A DNA stretch of 64,000 nt. It comes from an uncultured Fidelibacterota bacterium. Its GTDB lineage: Bacteria; Fidelibacterota; Marinisomatia; Marinisomatales; Marinisomataceae. Shown here one piece after another: positions 46,186 through 54,975 of the stretch. The notes under the pieces were generated by a model. That model saw only the letters and a program-made list of their open reading frames with translations, did no database searches and had not been told where the DNA came from. The translations under genes and the position numbers were made by a program. The stretch's first letter is position 1. Every line of letters begins with the position of its first letter. Location of the stretch: NCBI GenBank assembly GCA_902538565.1, contig CACBFQ010000001.1, positions 195,451 to 259,450 on the forward strand, written 5' to 3'.

Positions 46186-46746
46186 TTAAGTTTTGCTTTG
46201 TGATGTTAAAAAATTTGGAGTTTTAGAAAATACAAGCTGATAAGCGCCAAATAGTAATGCAGAATAAACTAAGTCACCAATTATTGAGGTACTGTAAAAA
46301 GGTAGCGCCAAAGAGTAGCATTGAACTAGTCCTATCAAAGTCTTTGCATACATTGGACTAAATGCCCATACTCCAAAGTTTGAAATAAGATAAAAAATTG
46401 TAGATCCAGATAAGCTTGCAAGAACAATTTTTCCTGCAGAGATTTTATTTAAAAATGAACTACCCATGAGAGCAACCAATACAATTGCACCGTATGTCCA
46501 TATCATTCCAGAATTAAATATTGTGAAATCTGCAAAGTATCCTGCATATATATAGTTATTTATAAATAAATCACTTAGCCAAAATCCAACAAGAGGTATC
46601 ATAATAGCTAGAAACTTATTTGATAAAGAATAGCTAGAAAGTAATGTTACTGCAATTAATGGAGTAAAATTGTACGGATGAGGTAAAATTCTACCAAGAA
46701 GTATAATTGCTATAAATAAAACTATTAGTAATAAATTTTTCTTCAA
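46186..46746 (-). CDS. DUF6580-type putative transporter (S-component-like)
   Basis: RILPHPYNFTP, SD, FYLISNFGVW, CY..ALPF and GDL; about 6 TM helices. Confidence 0.72.
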   Translation of the reverse strand: MKKNLLLIVLFIAIILLGRILPHPYNFTPLIAVTLLSSYSLSNKFLAIMIPLVGFWLSDLFINNYIYAGYFADFTIFNSGMIWTYGAIVLVALMGSSFLNKISAGKIVLASLSGSTIFYLISNFGVWAFSPMYAKTLIGLVQCYSLALPFYSTSIIGDLVYSALLFGAYQLVFSKTPNFLTSQSKT

Positions 46747-47219
46747 TTGAGTTCTCTTAAATGTTTTTTACCATGATCATCAAAATATAAGTTAACAAAT
46801 TTGTTCAAATTATCTAACAGTGATGTGGTATTATTTGTATTTAAAGTTTGCTTACATTTCATTGCATCTAATAAAATATTGTGCAAAGCAGTTAATTGCG
46901 CATGATACAAGTCTTTACTTTCCTTTGAATCGTCTTTCAGCTTTATTCTTTGGGTTAAAAAATATTCACTAACTATATTTTGAATTTCTTGCGCATGCTC
47001 TTCTTTATTAATAATCCATCTAGTCACTTGATTTTGCTGTTCAAGATCGTTTTGATTCGATGCTATATAATTCATCGATTTCAAGATTGTTAAAGTATGC
47101 TCTTCAATCATCTTTACTCTCATTGTGTCATCGTAAACTCCACATGGAATTTGACAATGAGCATTAAGTTGTGTTAAAGACAACAATAAAGCTGTGAAAA
47201 TAAAACTTAAGAATTTCAT
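46743..47219 (-). CDS. sodN: Nickel superoxide dismutase with signal peptide
   Basis: Ni-hook HCQIPCGVYD directly after LNA; RWI..KE.HA and KCKQ. Confidence 0.88.
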   Translation of the reverse strand: MKFLSFIFTALLLSLTQLNAHCQIPCGVYDDTMRVKMIEEHTLTILKSMNYIASNQNDLEQQNQVTRWIINKEEHAQEIQNIVSEYFLTQRIKLKDDSKESKDLYHAQLTALHNILLDAMKCKQTLNTNNTTSLLDNLNKFVNLYFDDHGKKHLRELN

Positions 47220-47228
47220 GAAAGAAAA

Positions 47229-48332
47229 TTATACAAAGTATTCTTGATATACAAAATCAAAATCGTTTAAAATTTGTTTTTTGGTTAAACCATAATCTTC
47301 AATGGTCTTATTTTGATGTTTTTTAATGTATTTCTTTGATGCATAATCTGAAACTTGTTTTTGAAATTTCTGTGTCATTTTTTTACCAGTAAATTTGTAA
47401 AATGACTTAATGCTGTTTTCTAAATCGTTTGTAATTTGAGCGTAAGTCAATGTTATAAATTGTTTTTTATAAAGTTTTGATTTTACTTTTTCAGTTTCTT
47501 TATACCATTCAACTATTTCAGCATAAGTTTCTTTCCTTAATAACTTTATTTCTTTATCAGAAAGAAGATTTCCAAATTTTACATTTTCCTGAAGCGAAAA
47601 ATAGGAGGGTATAGTCTCTAATGGATCTCGAACTAAAAAAACAAATTTTGCATCTGGAAAAACTCTTAGAATTGAATCAATTTTAAATATAAAAGGATTA
47701 GATTTTGATAAGTGTGGTTTATTTTTATGTAAAAATGCCTGTCTTTGAAAAAAATCTTTACAAAACAACATGGATTTAATATTTCTATTTTCATTTTTAG
47801 AGCTATCTCTATAAACATGCTTCATAAAATCTTTCGTTTTTGAATCAAATTTTAACCATGGAATAAAATGATTAGACACCCACAATGAATCTAGCTTATG
47901 AATGAAAAGAAGCATTTCATCTTCTTCAATATTGTCAAGCTTAACCTGATGACCTTTATTTTTCTTCTCAATTTGATCAATTTTAAAATATGTTAACGCA
48001 TATGATAAGATTGAAAGAAATTTTCTTAAGGATATAGATGGTATAATCAAATCCCAAGTTTTAGAAGTTGAAAACTGCTTTGAACTTGCTAAAAGCTTAT
48101 GAAAAAATGTTGTACCGCTCCTGTTTACTCCCATAATAAACACAGGTTCTTTAACTTTAGCTTTTTCAAATTCTGGGACTAAAATATAGTCTAAGAATAG
48201 AAAAATTCTATTAATGATAAGTAATACTGGATAAAGAACAAGGAATAAGATGAAGAATAAATATTTTTTATGACGAAATAATACTGTTAGTGATGTACTA
48301 TAAATTCCAAAAGTAGAATTTGATTGAAACAT
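47229..48332 (-). CDS. PAPS-dependent sulfotransferase
   Basis: GVNRSGTT (5'-PSB) and VRDPLETIPS (3'-PB); N-terminal TM. Confidence 0.85.
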   Translation of the reverse strand: MFQSNSTFGIYSTSLTVLFRHKKYLFFILFLVLYPVLLIINRIFLFLDYILVPEFEKAKVKEPVFIMGVNRSGTTFFHKLLASSKQFSTSKTWDLIIPSISLRKFLSILSYALTYFKIDQIEKKNKGHQVKLDNIEEDEMLLFIHKLDSLWVSNHFIPWLKFDSKTKDFMKHVYRDSSKNENRNIKSMLFCKDFFQRQAFLHKNKPHLSKSNPFIFKIDSILRVFPDAKFVFLVRDPLETIPSYFSLQENVKFGNLLSDKEIKLLRKETYAEIVEWYKETEKVKSKLYKKQFITLTYAQITNDLENSIKSFYKFTGKKMTQKFQKQVSDYASKKYIKKHQNKTIEDYGLTKKQILNDFDFVYQEYFV

Positions 48333-48346
48333 TCAGGAATAACTTC

Positions 48347-48559
48347 TTATTCTTTATCTTTCTTTGTTGTAGCTTTTTTCTTTGGTGCTGCTTTTTTAGG
48401 TGCAGTTTTCTTTTTTGGATCCGCTTTCTTTTTCGGTGCAGCTTTTTTAGGCTTTGTTTCTACAACTTTTTTATTTTTAAGTAGTTCAGCTCTTTTTGCT
48501 TTTAAACTTAAACGTCTTTTCTTCTGTTTGCGCTTTGCAATTTTTTGTTTTTTATTCAC
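48347..48559 (-). CDS. Small Lys-rich protein resembling a histone H1 tail
   Basis: PKKAA/PKKK repeats; GTG start with upstream GGAG; overlaps the upstream stop. Confidence 0.65.
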   Translation of the reverse strand: MNKKQKIAKRKQKKRRLSLKAKRAELLKNKKVVETKPKKAAPKKKADPKKKTAPKKAAPKKKATTKKDKE

Positions 48560-48666
48560 TTTGATTTATCTCCCTTGAAAATCATAATATAGAGGGCAAT
48601 ATGTGCAGCTACAAATACTACAAAAAAGTATAATGGAAATAATAAATCATGCCAAAAGTTACTCAT
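48556..48666 (-). CDS. 36-aa single-TM protein (not in ORF track)
   Basis: MSNFWHDLLFPLYFFVVFVAAHIALYIMIFKGDKSK*; AAGGA RBS; GTGA coupling to the next gene. Confidence 0.65.
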   Translation of the reverse strand: MSNFWHDLLFPLYFFVVFVAAHIALYIMIFKGDKSK

Positions 48667-48678
48667 AAAAATCCTTTC

Positions 48679-49191
48679 TTATTTTAAGTCTCTTTTTAAA
48701 AATTGAACTTCTACAGAATAGTCATAACTCTCCAAAGTTCCGCCTTCTGTAAATTGCGAACCACATTCTTCAAAATCAAACCTTTTATGAAATCTAATTG
48801 AACCTGGGTTGGGTGGCATTATATTTACTTCACATAAAATAGAATCATATCCCTCCAACGCTGAAAAATAAATTAAATCAGTATAAAGAGCAGATCCAAT
48901 CTTCTCATTTTGAAATTTTGGAAGCACTGAAATACGATCAATATATACAAAATTTGAATATCTTTTAGATACCCATTGATAATTTGGGCTATCATATTCT
49001 TTATCTTCAGGAAGGCAAAGCAAAAATCCCGCAAATTCATTTTTGAATTTGGCAACTTTACAATAATTGGCTTGATTTAAGAGCAATTCAAGTCTTTCGT
49101 TTTTCAAAAAACCTACCTGTGGTCTATTAATATTATTTGACTCAAGAATGAAATCAAATATATCCTCAGAAAAATCAATCAATGTGATCAT
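48679..49191 (-). CDS. GNAT family acetyltransferase
   Basis: Y.SPNY.W, YIDRISV...GSALY and CEVN..PPN..S..FH. Confidence 0.88.
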   Translation of the reverse strand: MITLIDFSEDIFDFILESNNINRPQVGFLKNERLELLLNQANYCKVAKFKNEFAGFLLCLPEDKEYDSPNYQWVSKRYSNFVYIDRISVLPKFQNEKIGSALYTDLIYFSALEGYDSILCEVNIMPPNPGSIRFHKRFDFEECGSQFTEGGTLESYDYSVEVQFLKRDLK

Positions 49192-49681
49192 TATTTTCTG
49201 CTAAATCCTTTCCGCCATTACATACTACAGAGCCTTGAATACCATACTTCCTGCCCTTATTATATATATACTTATACATGAGATCGCCATTCACATCCCA
49301 AGCTTTTTGCTCACCATCTTCAAGACCATTTTCATACTGTTTATGAGTAAATAAACTACCATTTTGATGCCACTGAAAATGTTCTCCAACACTCATATCT
49401 TTTTGAAATTGAAAGCTATATTTTTTGTTACCATTTGGCCACCATCCTTCATGTCGACCATTTTTTAGTCCATTTTTATATTTTTTTTTGGATTTGATTG
49501 TTACATCGTCAATATACATTATTGTGATGGTTCCAGAAAATTCATTAATGCGTACGTAACGAGGTATTTCTAATCCATCTATAAGTTCATACTCTGTTAC
49601 TACAATCTTATTTTGACAGGAAAATAATAGTAAAGAAGAAATAAGTATTACAAACTTAGTTGGTATAGTATCCGCCACCAT
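49175..49681 (-). CDS. MORN-variant repeat (YwqK-like) lipoprotein
   Basis: Lipobox LFSC; repeats Y.NG...G....W..NG; start uncertain. Confidence 0.78.
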   Translation of the reverse strand: MVADTIPTKFVILISSLLLFSCQNKIVVTEYELIDGLEIPRYVRINEFSGTITIMYIDDVTIKSKKKYKNGLKNGRHEGWWPNGNKKYSFQFQKDMSVGEHFQWHQNGSLFTHKQYENGLEDGEQKAWDVNGDLMYKYIYNKGRKYGIQGSVVCNGGKDLAENNDHID

Positions 49682-50450
49682 TAAGCGATCCATATTTACC
49701 TCTAAACCCACCTAACAAGTATGGTGAAGTAGAGGTAGCATGATAATGATATATACCTTCCTGATACTCATCGGTTGCATGAAAATGCCCATTTAGTTCA
49801 TCAAGATTTGATGGATATTGGTCGTTTGATTGTTCTGTTGGGCCATAAATTGGAAAACCATCTAGAGAATATCCAATCAACATTGAAGAACTATTATTTG
49901 AAGTAAGATATTTTGGCTCCCAATGATAATGATATTGACCAGTTTGCTGAGGATGACCAAAATAAAAATCAAAGGAAGGTATTTCATTATCTAGCGGTTG
50001 ATTATTTGGCCCTGCATATTGATTAAAAAATGGTACTCCACTAATTGAAACGCCAATGGGTCCTAAAGGCGTACTTGAAACTGATCCTGAAATTGCAGGA
50101 TTTAATGGAATATAAAATTTAAAATTTTGCTCAGAAATTTTATTTGGATTTACAGTCATTCCAGAGTGAGGACTAGAATAGTTTACATGTCCAGCGCCCC
50201 AATAAGGAGAAGAATGATTTGGAACTCCAGTAGATTCAACAATCACATAATCTCCTGAAACATAAACATCGGTATACTCAGAAATAAATTTAGTAAATCC
50301 AGCTGGTAATTCTGTATTATCAGAACCACCGCCCATATTATTATCTCCATTATCTATATTATAAGATGATGTTGAAGAAGAATCGCAATTGTAAAGAAAC
50401 AGAGCAGTAAAGATATTCAATAAATAATTTTTGTAAAATTTTATTTTCAT
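49656..50450 (-). CDS. YHYH-domain lipoprotein
   Basis: Lipobox LYNC; GVPNH, GHP...QYHYH, DGFPIYG and NGH...YHYH. Confidence 0.88.
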   Translation of the reverse strand: MKIKFYKNYLLNIFTALFLYNCDSSSTSSYNIDNGDNNMGGGSDNTELPAGFTKFISEYTDVYVSGDYVIVESTGVPNHSSPYWGAGHVNYSSPHSGMTVNPNKISEQNFKFYIPLNPAISGSVSSTPLGPIGVSISGVPFFNQYAGPNNQPLDNEIPSFDFYFGHPQQTGQYHYHWEPKYLTSNNSSSMLIGYSLDGFPIYGPTEQSNDQYPSNLDELNGHFHATDEYQEGIYHYHATSTSPYLLGGFRGKYGSLNGGGYYTN

Positions 50451-50457
50451 AATATTG

Positions 50458-50486
50458 ATTATATAACGTTTATTTTAAAAGTGCAA
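50458..50486 (-). promoter_or_regulatory. Near-consensus sigma70 promoter, probably giving a leaderless transcript
   Basis: TTGCAC-17nt-TATAAT-7nt-ATG(50450). Confidence 0.75.
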
Positions 50487-50487
50487 T

Positions 50488-51054
50488 TTATGTTTCCATC
50501 AAGGGAGCAGTAGGTGCAACTGCATTTTCAGCAACTCCAACGAAAAATGCTGTAAACCCAATAAACAAGGTTAATGCAACAATCATTAAGATAAATGCCA
50601 CAATACATACTCCAACAGCTCTTACTGTACTATTAAAGTCAAGAGCTTGTCTTACAGCAATAGTCATTGCAGCAAGCTGTAAAATGGTTACAACAGGGTC
50701 AACAAAAGTACTTATGATTGGAACAATTTTTAAAACTACAAGCAACCCTGGAGCATAGGCAAATCCAAGAGTCCTTATTAATTCTCCAGTGTTAGATTCA
50801 GTTTCTGGTTCTGGTAAAATTCTTGTTCCAACAAAGGCAATAAAAAACGCCCATATGACAAACCTAATGAGACTACCTAAAATACCTTGGACTAAGGCAA
50901 TGGGAGCAAATCCAGCAATCATGAGACCTTGAACAATTGAAACTAACGCAACTGTCATCATCGCTTGATCGGTAAACTTTTTATCTTTTTCAACCTCTTC
51001 ATAAAAATTAACATCTAAAAATATAGCTTTTTGTAGTCTTTGAAAGTAATTCAT
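50488..51054 (-). CDS. YIP1-family membrane protein
   Basis: YEEVE.D, LIRTLGFAYAPG and AVRQALD. Confidence 0.75.
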   Translation of the reverse strand: MNYFQRLQKAIFLDVNFYEEVEKDKKFTDQAMMTVALVSIVQGLMIAGFAPIALVQGILGSLIRFVIWAFFIAFVGTRILPEPETESNTGELIRTLGFAYAPGLLVVLKIVPIISTFVDPVVTILQLAAMTIAVRQALDFNSTVRAVGVCIVAFILMIVALTLFIGFTAFFVGVAENAVAPTAPLMET

Positions 51055-51055
51055 A

Positions 51056-51442
51056 TCACAGCTCCCCTTCTATGCATGTAGTATCAAAACCGCCTCTAAT
51101 ATTATAAATAGTAGTTATTTTTAACCTAGATGTATTTAATAATGATTTTAAATCATCATAAATTCTTTTAGTTGCTGCTTCTTGATATATTCCAACATTT
51201 CTAAAGCTGACAAAATAATATTTTAATGATTTAAGCTCAACGCACTTTCCACCTTCAGGATAATATTCGATTATTACATCTGCTAAATCAGGAAGACCGC
51301 TAAACGGACATACGGCACTAAATTCTCTTGTAGTAGTTTCAATGTACTGATTCTTACTATTAAAATTAAAAGTTTCAAGGTATGATGAATCAATATGTTC
51401 TTCGCTTAAAAAGCTAAATTCTTTTCCATCTGCTTTAGGCAT
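51056..51442 (-). CDS. queF: preQ0 reductase QueF (single-domain)
   Basis: [21 protein letters not shown] and RGG; start MPKADG with GGAG RBS. Confidence 0.92.
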   Translation of the reverse strand: MPKADGKEFSFLSEEHIDSSYLETFNFNSKNQYIETTTREFSAVCPFSGLPDLADVIIEYYPEGGKCVELKSLKYYFVSFRNVGIYQEAATKRIYDDLKSLLNTSRLKITTIYNIRGGFDTTCIEGEL

Positions 51443-51806
51443 TTTTATCTCCATAGTATTTACATCCATAGCTATTGCCTTCACTCACTGATACTGATGA
51501 CAAACCTGAAAGATCATTCTCTAACTTATTCCAAATCCACATTGCTACATGTTCAGTTGTTGGGTTTGATAACCCTTCAATATCATTAAGATATTTATGA
51601 TCAAGAGTTTTATGAACTTTTTCCTTAAACAAGTTATCTATATCATAGAAATCTATAATCCACCCTTCATCAGTAAGTTGATTTCCCGAAACCTTAATAG
51701 TAACAGTGAATGTGTGACCGTGTAGCTCTCCGCACGGATGATTATCACGCAAAGCAGTTAATTTTCTTGCAGCATGGAATTCATATTTTCTTTTTAGTCT
51801 AAACAT
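51435..51806 (-). CDS. queD: 6-carboxytetrahydropterin synthase
   Basis: C..LHGH, DHKYLND and NPTTE. Confidence 0.9.
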   Translation of the reverse strand: MFRLKRKYEFHAARKLTALRDNHPCGELHGHTFTVTIKVSGNQLTDEGWIIDFYDIDNLFKEKVHKTLDHKYLNDIEGLSNPTTEHVAMWIWNKLENDLSGLSSVSVSEGNSYGCKYYGDKNA

Positions 51807-51807
51807 A

Positions 51808-52440
51808 TCAATCTATACCCATTATTTTATGTGTTTGTAAGCTTAAACGCCATAGCGGATTTTCGATACAGTAAGATACACTTTGCAAGATATTTCTTTG
51901 TAAATTTTTTCCATCCATGGGTTGTAGAAAAAAATGATCAAAATCATAATTTTTAAACTGTTCAGGATTTAGGCCTTCTTGAGGATAAACCAATTTTAGT
52001 TCATTTCCATAATCAAGATTAAATTCAGCTCCTTTTTTTGGACTAACACATATCCAATCTATATTGTTAGGAGGAATTATTGTTCCGTTGGTTTCAACAG
52101 CAATTTTAAAATTTTTATTATGCAGAATATCAATCAATTCTTTATTTAACTGCAACAAAGGCTCCCCACCTGTAAATACAACAAATTTTTCCTGAGAATC
52201 TTTCTGCCATAATTCATCAATTTTACTAGCTAATTGTTCTGCGCTTGTATATTTCGCACCATTTATTCCATCTGTTCCAACAAAATCTGTGTCGCAAAAA
52301 TTACATTTAGCTTTTTCTCGATCTTTTTCAAGCCCTGTCCAAAGATTGCAACCAGAAAATCTACAGAATACAGCATGTTTTCCTGTATGAAAGCCCTCAC
52401 CCTGGAGTGTTAAATAAATTTCTTTTACAGAATAACTCAT
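51808..52440 (-). CDS. queE: 7-carboxy-7-deazaguanine synthase (radical SAM)
   Basis: TLQGEG, CX14CX2C, TGGEPL, ETNG and SLQTHK. Confidence 0.94.
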   Translation of the reverse strand: MSYSVKEIYLTLQGEGFHTGKHAVFCRFSGCNLWTGLEKDREKAKCNFCDTDFVGTDGINGAKYTSAEQLASKIDELWQKDSQEKFVVFTGGEPLLQLNKELIDILHNKNFKIAVETNGTIIPPNNIDWICVSPKKGAEFNLDYGNELKLVYPQEGLNPEQFKNYDFDHFFLQPMDGKNLQRNILQSVSYCIENPLWRLSLQTHKIMGID

Positions 52441-53117
52441 ATATAATTTGTTGGATCGTTTATACCTGCAGAAGCAAAACCCTCTTTTCTAAGAATGCAA
52501 GCATCACACTCTCCACAAGATAACCCATCTATTGAAGGATCATAACATGAGTGAGTCAGCTTGTAATCAACATTCAATTTGGTCCCTGCTAAAATTATTT
52601 CCGCTTTTGTTAAATTAATTAATGGAGTATGAATTTTTATTTTCTTATTTCCTTGTGCAAATTTAGTTCCCTCATTTGCCATCTTTTCAAAAGCTTCAAT
52701 AAACTCAGGCCTGCAATCTGGATAGCCACTGTAATCCAATGCATTTACACCAATAAATATATCAAAAATATTATTTACTTCGGCGTAAGCAAGCGCATAA
52801 GAAAGAAATATTGTATTCCTAACTGGAACATATGTTATTGGAATTGCTTTTCCAATGTCTTGATTCTTAGGCACTTCGATATTATCGGTAAGAGCAGAAT
52901 TTCCAAATTGCCCTAAATCTATTGAAATTAATTTAATTGAGATATCTGCTAATTCGGCAATTTTCTTTGCTGCTGAAATTTCAAACTTATGCCTTTGTCC
53001 ATAATCAAATATAAGCGCTGTCACATCATAATTTTCTAAAGCAATGTTTAAAACAGTAGCAGAATCAAGACCACCGCTAAGCAACACAATACATTGTTTT
53101 TTAATCTTTTCACTCAT
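52437..53117 (-). CDS. queC: 7-cyano-7-deazaguanine synthase
   Basis: SGGLDS, YGQRH, YVPVRN, YPDC and SCY..CGECDAC. Confidence 0.96.
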   Translation of the reverse strand: MSEKIKKQCIVLLSGGLDSATVLNIALENYDVTALIFDYGQRHKFEISAAKKIAELADISIKLISIDLGQFGNSALTDNIEVPKNQDIGKAIPITYVPVRNTIFLSYALAYAEVNNIFDIFIGVNALDYSGYPDCRPEFIEAFEKMANEGTKFAQGNKKIKIHTPLINLTKAEIILAGTKLNVDYKLTHSCYDPSIDGLSCGECDACILRKEGFASAGINDPTNYI

Positions 53118-53173
53118 GAGGATTTAATTTAAAAAAAAATGGCTTATAAGATTGCCTCTAAATAATTTATTTG

Positions 53174-53983
53174 ATGCCATCAATATCTGTTATCATATCA
53201 ACATATAATAAGCCTCATTTTTTAGAAAAAGTGCTTACTGGATACTGTTTTCAAACTTTTAAAGATTTTGAAATCATTATTGCAGATGATGGGTCTTCAA
53301 ATGAAACTAAAGAAATGATTGCAAAATTTGAGCAATTAATTCCCCAAAAAATTTATCATGTTTGGCATGAAGATAATGGGTTTAGAAAATGTAAAATATT
53401 AAATGCTGCAATAGTGAAATCATCAAATGATTATTTAGTTTTTTCAGATGGTGATTGTATTCCTGATTCTCACTTTTTAGAAACACACTCTAGATTGGCT
53501 CAAAAAGATTATTTTCTTTCTGGTGGTCATTTTCCTATTACAGAAACAGTATCTAATTTATTAACAATAGAAGATATCAAATCTCAAATCTGCTTTACCA
53601 AAAAGTATCTTTTAAAACAAGGTCAACCAATCGGAAAAAACTATTTTAAGCTAATTAAAAATCAATTTTTAGCAGATGTTTTAGATCGATTGACTCCAAC
53701 TAGAGCAACTTTTAATGGCAATAATTCATCTGCTTGGAAATCTGATATTATCAAAGCAAATGGATTTGATGAACGAATGGAATATGGAGGTCTTGATTGT
53801 GAGCTTGGGTATAGATTAAATAATAATGGCATCAAATCTCTTCAAGTAAGAAATAGAACTACTGTACTTCATCTTTATCATATAAGACCTTATAAAAATA
53901 AAGATGCAATTAAAAAAAATAGACTAATAAGAAAATCAACAATAGAAACTAAGATTACTAAAACTGATTTTGGAATTAATTAA
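53174..53983 (+). CDS. GT2 glycosyltransferase
   Basis: SVIISTYN, ADDGS, DGDC and NGFDE. Confidence 0.9.
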   Translation: MPSISVIISTYNKPHFLEKVLTGYCFQTFKDFEIIIADDGSSNETKEMIAKFEQLIPQKIYHVWHEDNGFRKCKILNAAIVKSSNDYLVFSDGDCIPDSHFLETHSRLAQKDYFLSGGHFPITETVSNLLTIEDIKSQICFTKKYLLKQGQPIGKNYFKLIKNQFLADVLDRLTPTRATFNGNNSSAWKSDIIKANGFDERMEYGGLDCELGYRLNNNGIKSLQVRNRTTVLHLYHIRPYKNKDAIKKNRLIRKSTIETKITKTDFGIN

Positions 53984-54975
53984 TGCAAAATCTTAAAAGT
54001 TCAAACGCTAAAAGACAAAAACTTTTATATTATCTCTACTATACTCCTTTGGTATATTTTTTTCCGAGCATTATTTCCAGACTTAGGCAAAAAAATATAT
54101 TAAATAATAGCTTTCAAGGAGAATATATTCAATCTAGAGTAAGATATTATTTTAAAAAAACCTCAAACTTTAGAGTTTCAAATAAAGGAAAAAAATTATC
54201 TGAACTATTTTGGAATCAATTTTTTAAAAATAAACAGCATTCACATTTTATAGATTTTTACTTGTTGTTACAGTTTTTTAATAAGAATAATAAAGTCGAC
54301 TTTATCTATTCAACAAAAGATTATATTGATAGTGCCATTGCTAAGAAACATCATCGATATCCAACATTTGTTAAATCAAGACCTATTGGTTCTGATAACC
54401 AAAATTCTATTTTACTAAAGTTAAATCAAGTAAAACTTTTTCATTTTATCAAAGATCCTAAAAAATTTGTAAATAAGAAAAATCTAGCTGTATGGAGAGG
54501 AGATATTAGAAATAATGCTATTCGGAAATATTTTGTTAAAAATTTTTATAAGTCTCCCTTATTAGATATAGGACAAACTAAACCTAATGAAAATGTACCA
54601 TGGATGAAAAGTTTTATGTCGATAAAAGATCAACTTGACTACAAATTTATTTTCTGTCTTGAAGGAAAATGTATTTCAACAAATCTTTTTTGGGCGATGA
54701 GCTCAAACTCAGTTTGTGTTATGCCTGAACCAAAATATGAGAGCTGGTTTATGGAGGGAAAGCTGAAAGATGGAGTACATTATATAAAAGTTAAAGATGA
54801 TTTTTCGGATGCAGAGGAAAAAATCAAATTTTATATAAATGAAAATGATAAGTGTCTTGAAATCATCGATAATGCACAAAAATTTGTTAGACAATTTAAA
54901 AACGCAAAACAAGAGAGATTAATTCAGCTTTTGATATTAAAGCAGTATTTTCAATCCACGGGACAATATGAATAA
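53983..54975 (+). CDS. GT90/CAP10 (LpsA-like) glycosyltransferase
   Basis: KSRPI, VWRG, YKFIFCLEG and WFMEG.L...HYI. Confidence 0.82.
   Translation: MQNLKSSNAKRQKLLYYLYYTPLVYFFPSIISRLRQKNILNNSFQGEYIQSRVRYYFKKTSNFRVSNKGKKLSELFWNQFFKNKQHSHFIDFYLLLQFFNKNNKVDFIYSTKDYIDSAIAKKHHRYPTFVKSRPIGSDNQNSILLKLNQVKLFHFIKDPKKFVNKKNLAVWRGDIRNNAIRKYFVKNFYKSPLLDIGQTKPNENVPWMKSFMSIKDQLDYKFIFCLEGKCISTNLFWAMSSNSVCVMPEPKYESWFMEGKLKDGVHYIKVKDDFSDAEEKIKFYINENDKCLEIIDNAQKFVRQFKNAKQERLIQLLILKQYFQSTGQYE

Noticed and set aside
48360-48460. Repeated gcttttttagg/gctttct units as a CRISPR or DNA repeat
   Set aside because: They are degenerate codon-level repeats of the Lys/Ala-rich protein, with no spacers and no cas genes.
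49175-49681. Toxin-antitoxin system (YwqK annotation)
   Set aside because: No toxin domain adjacent; the protein is a lipoprotein with generic MORN-like repeats.
45772-50486. Genomic island integrated at tRNA-Lys
   Set aside because: No integrase, duplicated tRNA end or obvious composition shift seen.
51056-53117. que genes as a 7-deazaguanine DNA-modification (dpd) defence island
   Set aside because: No dpdA or tgt paralog nearby, and queF points to ordinary tRNA queuosine synthesis.
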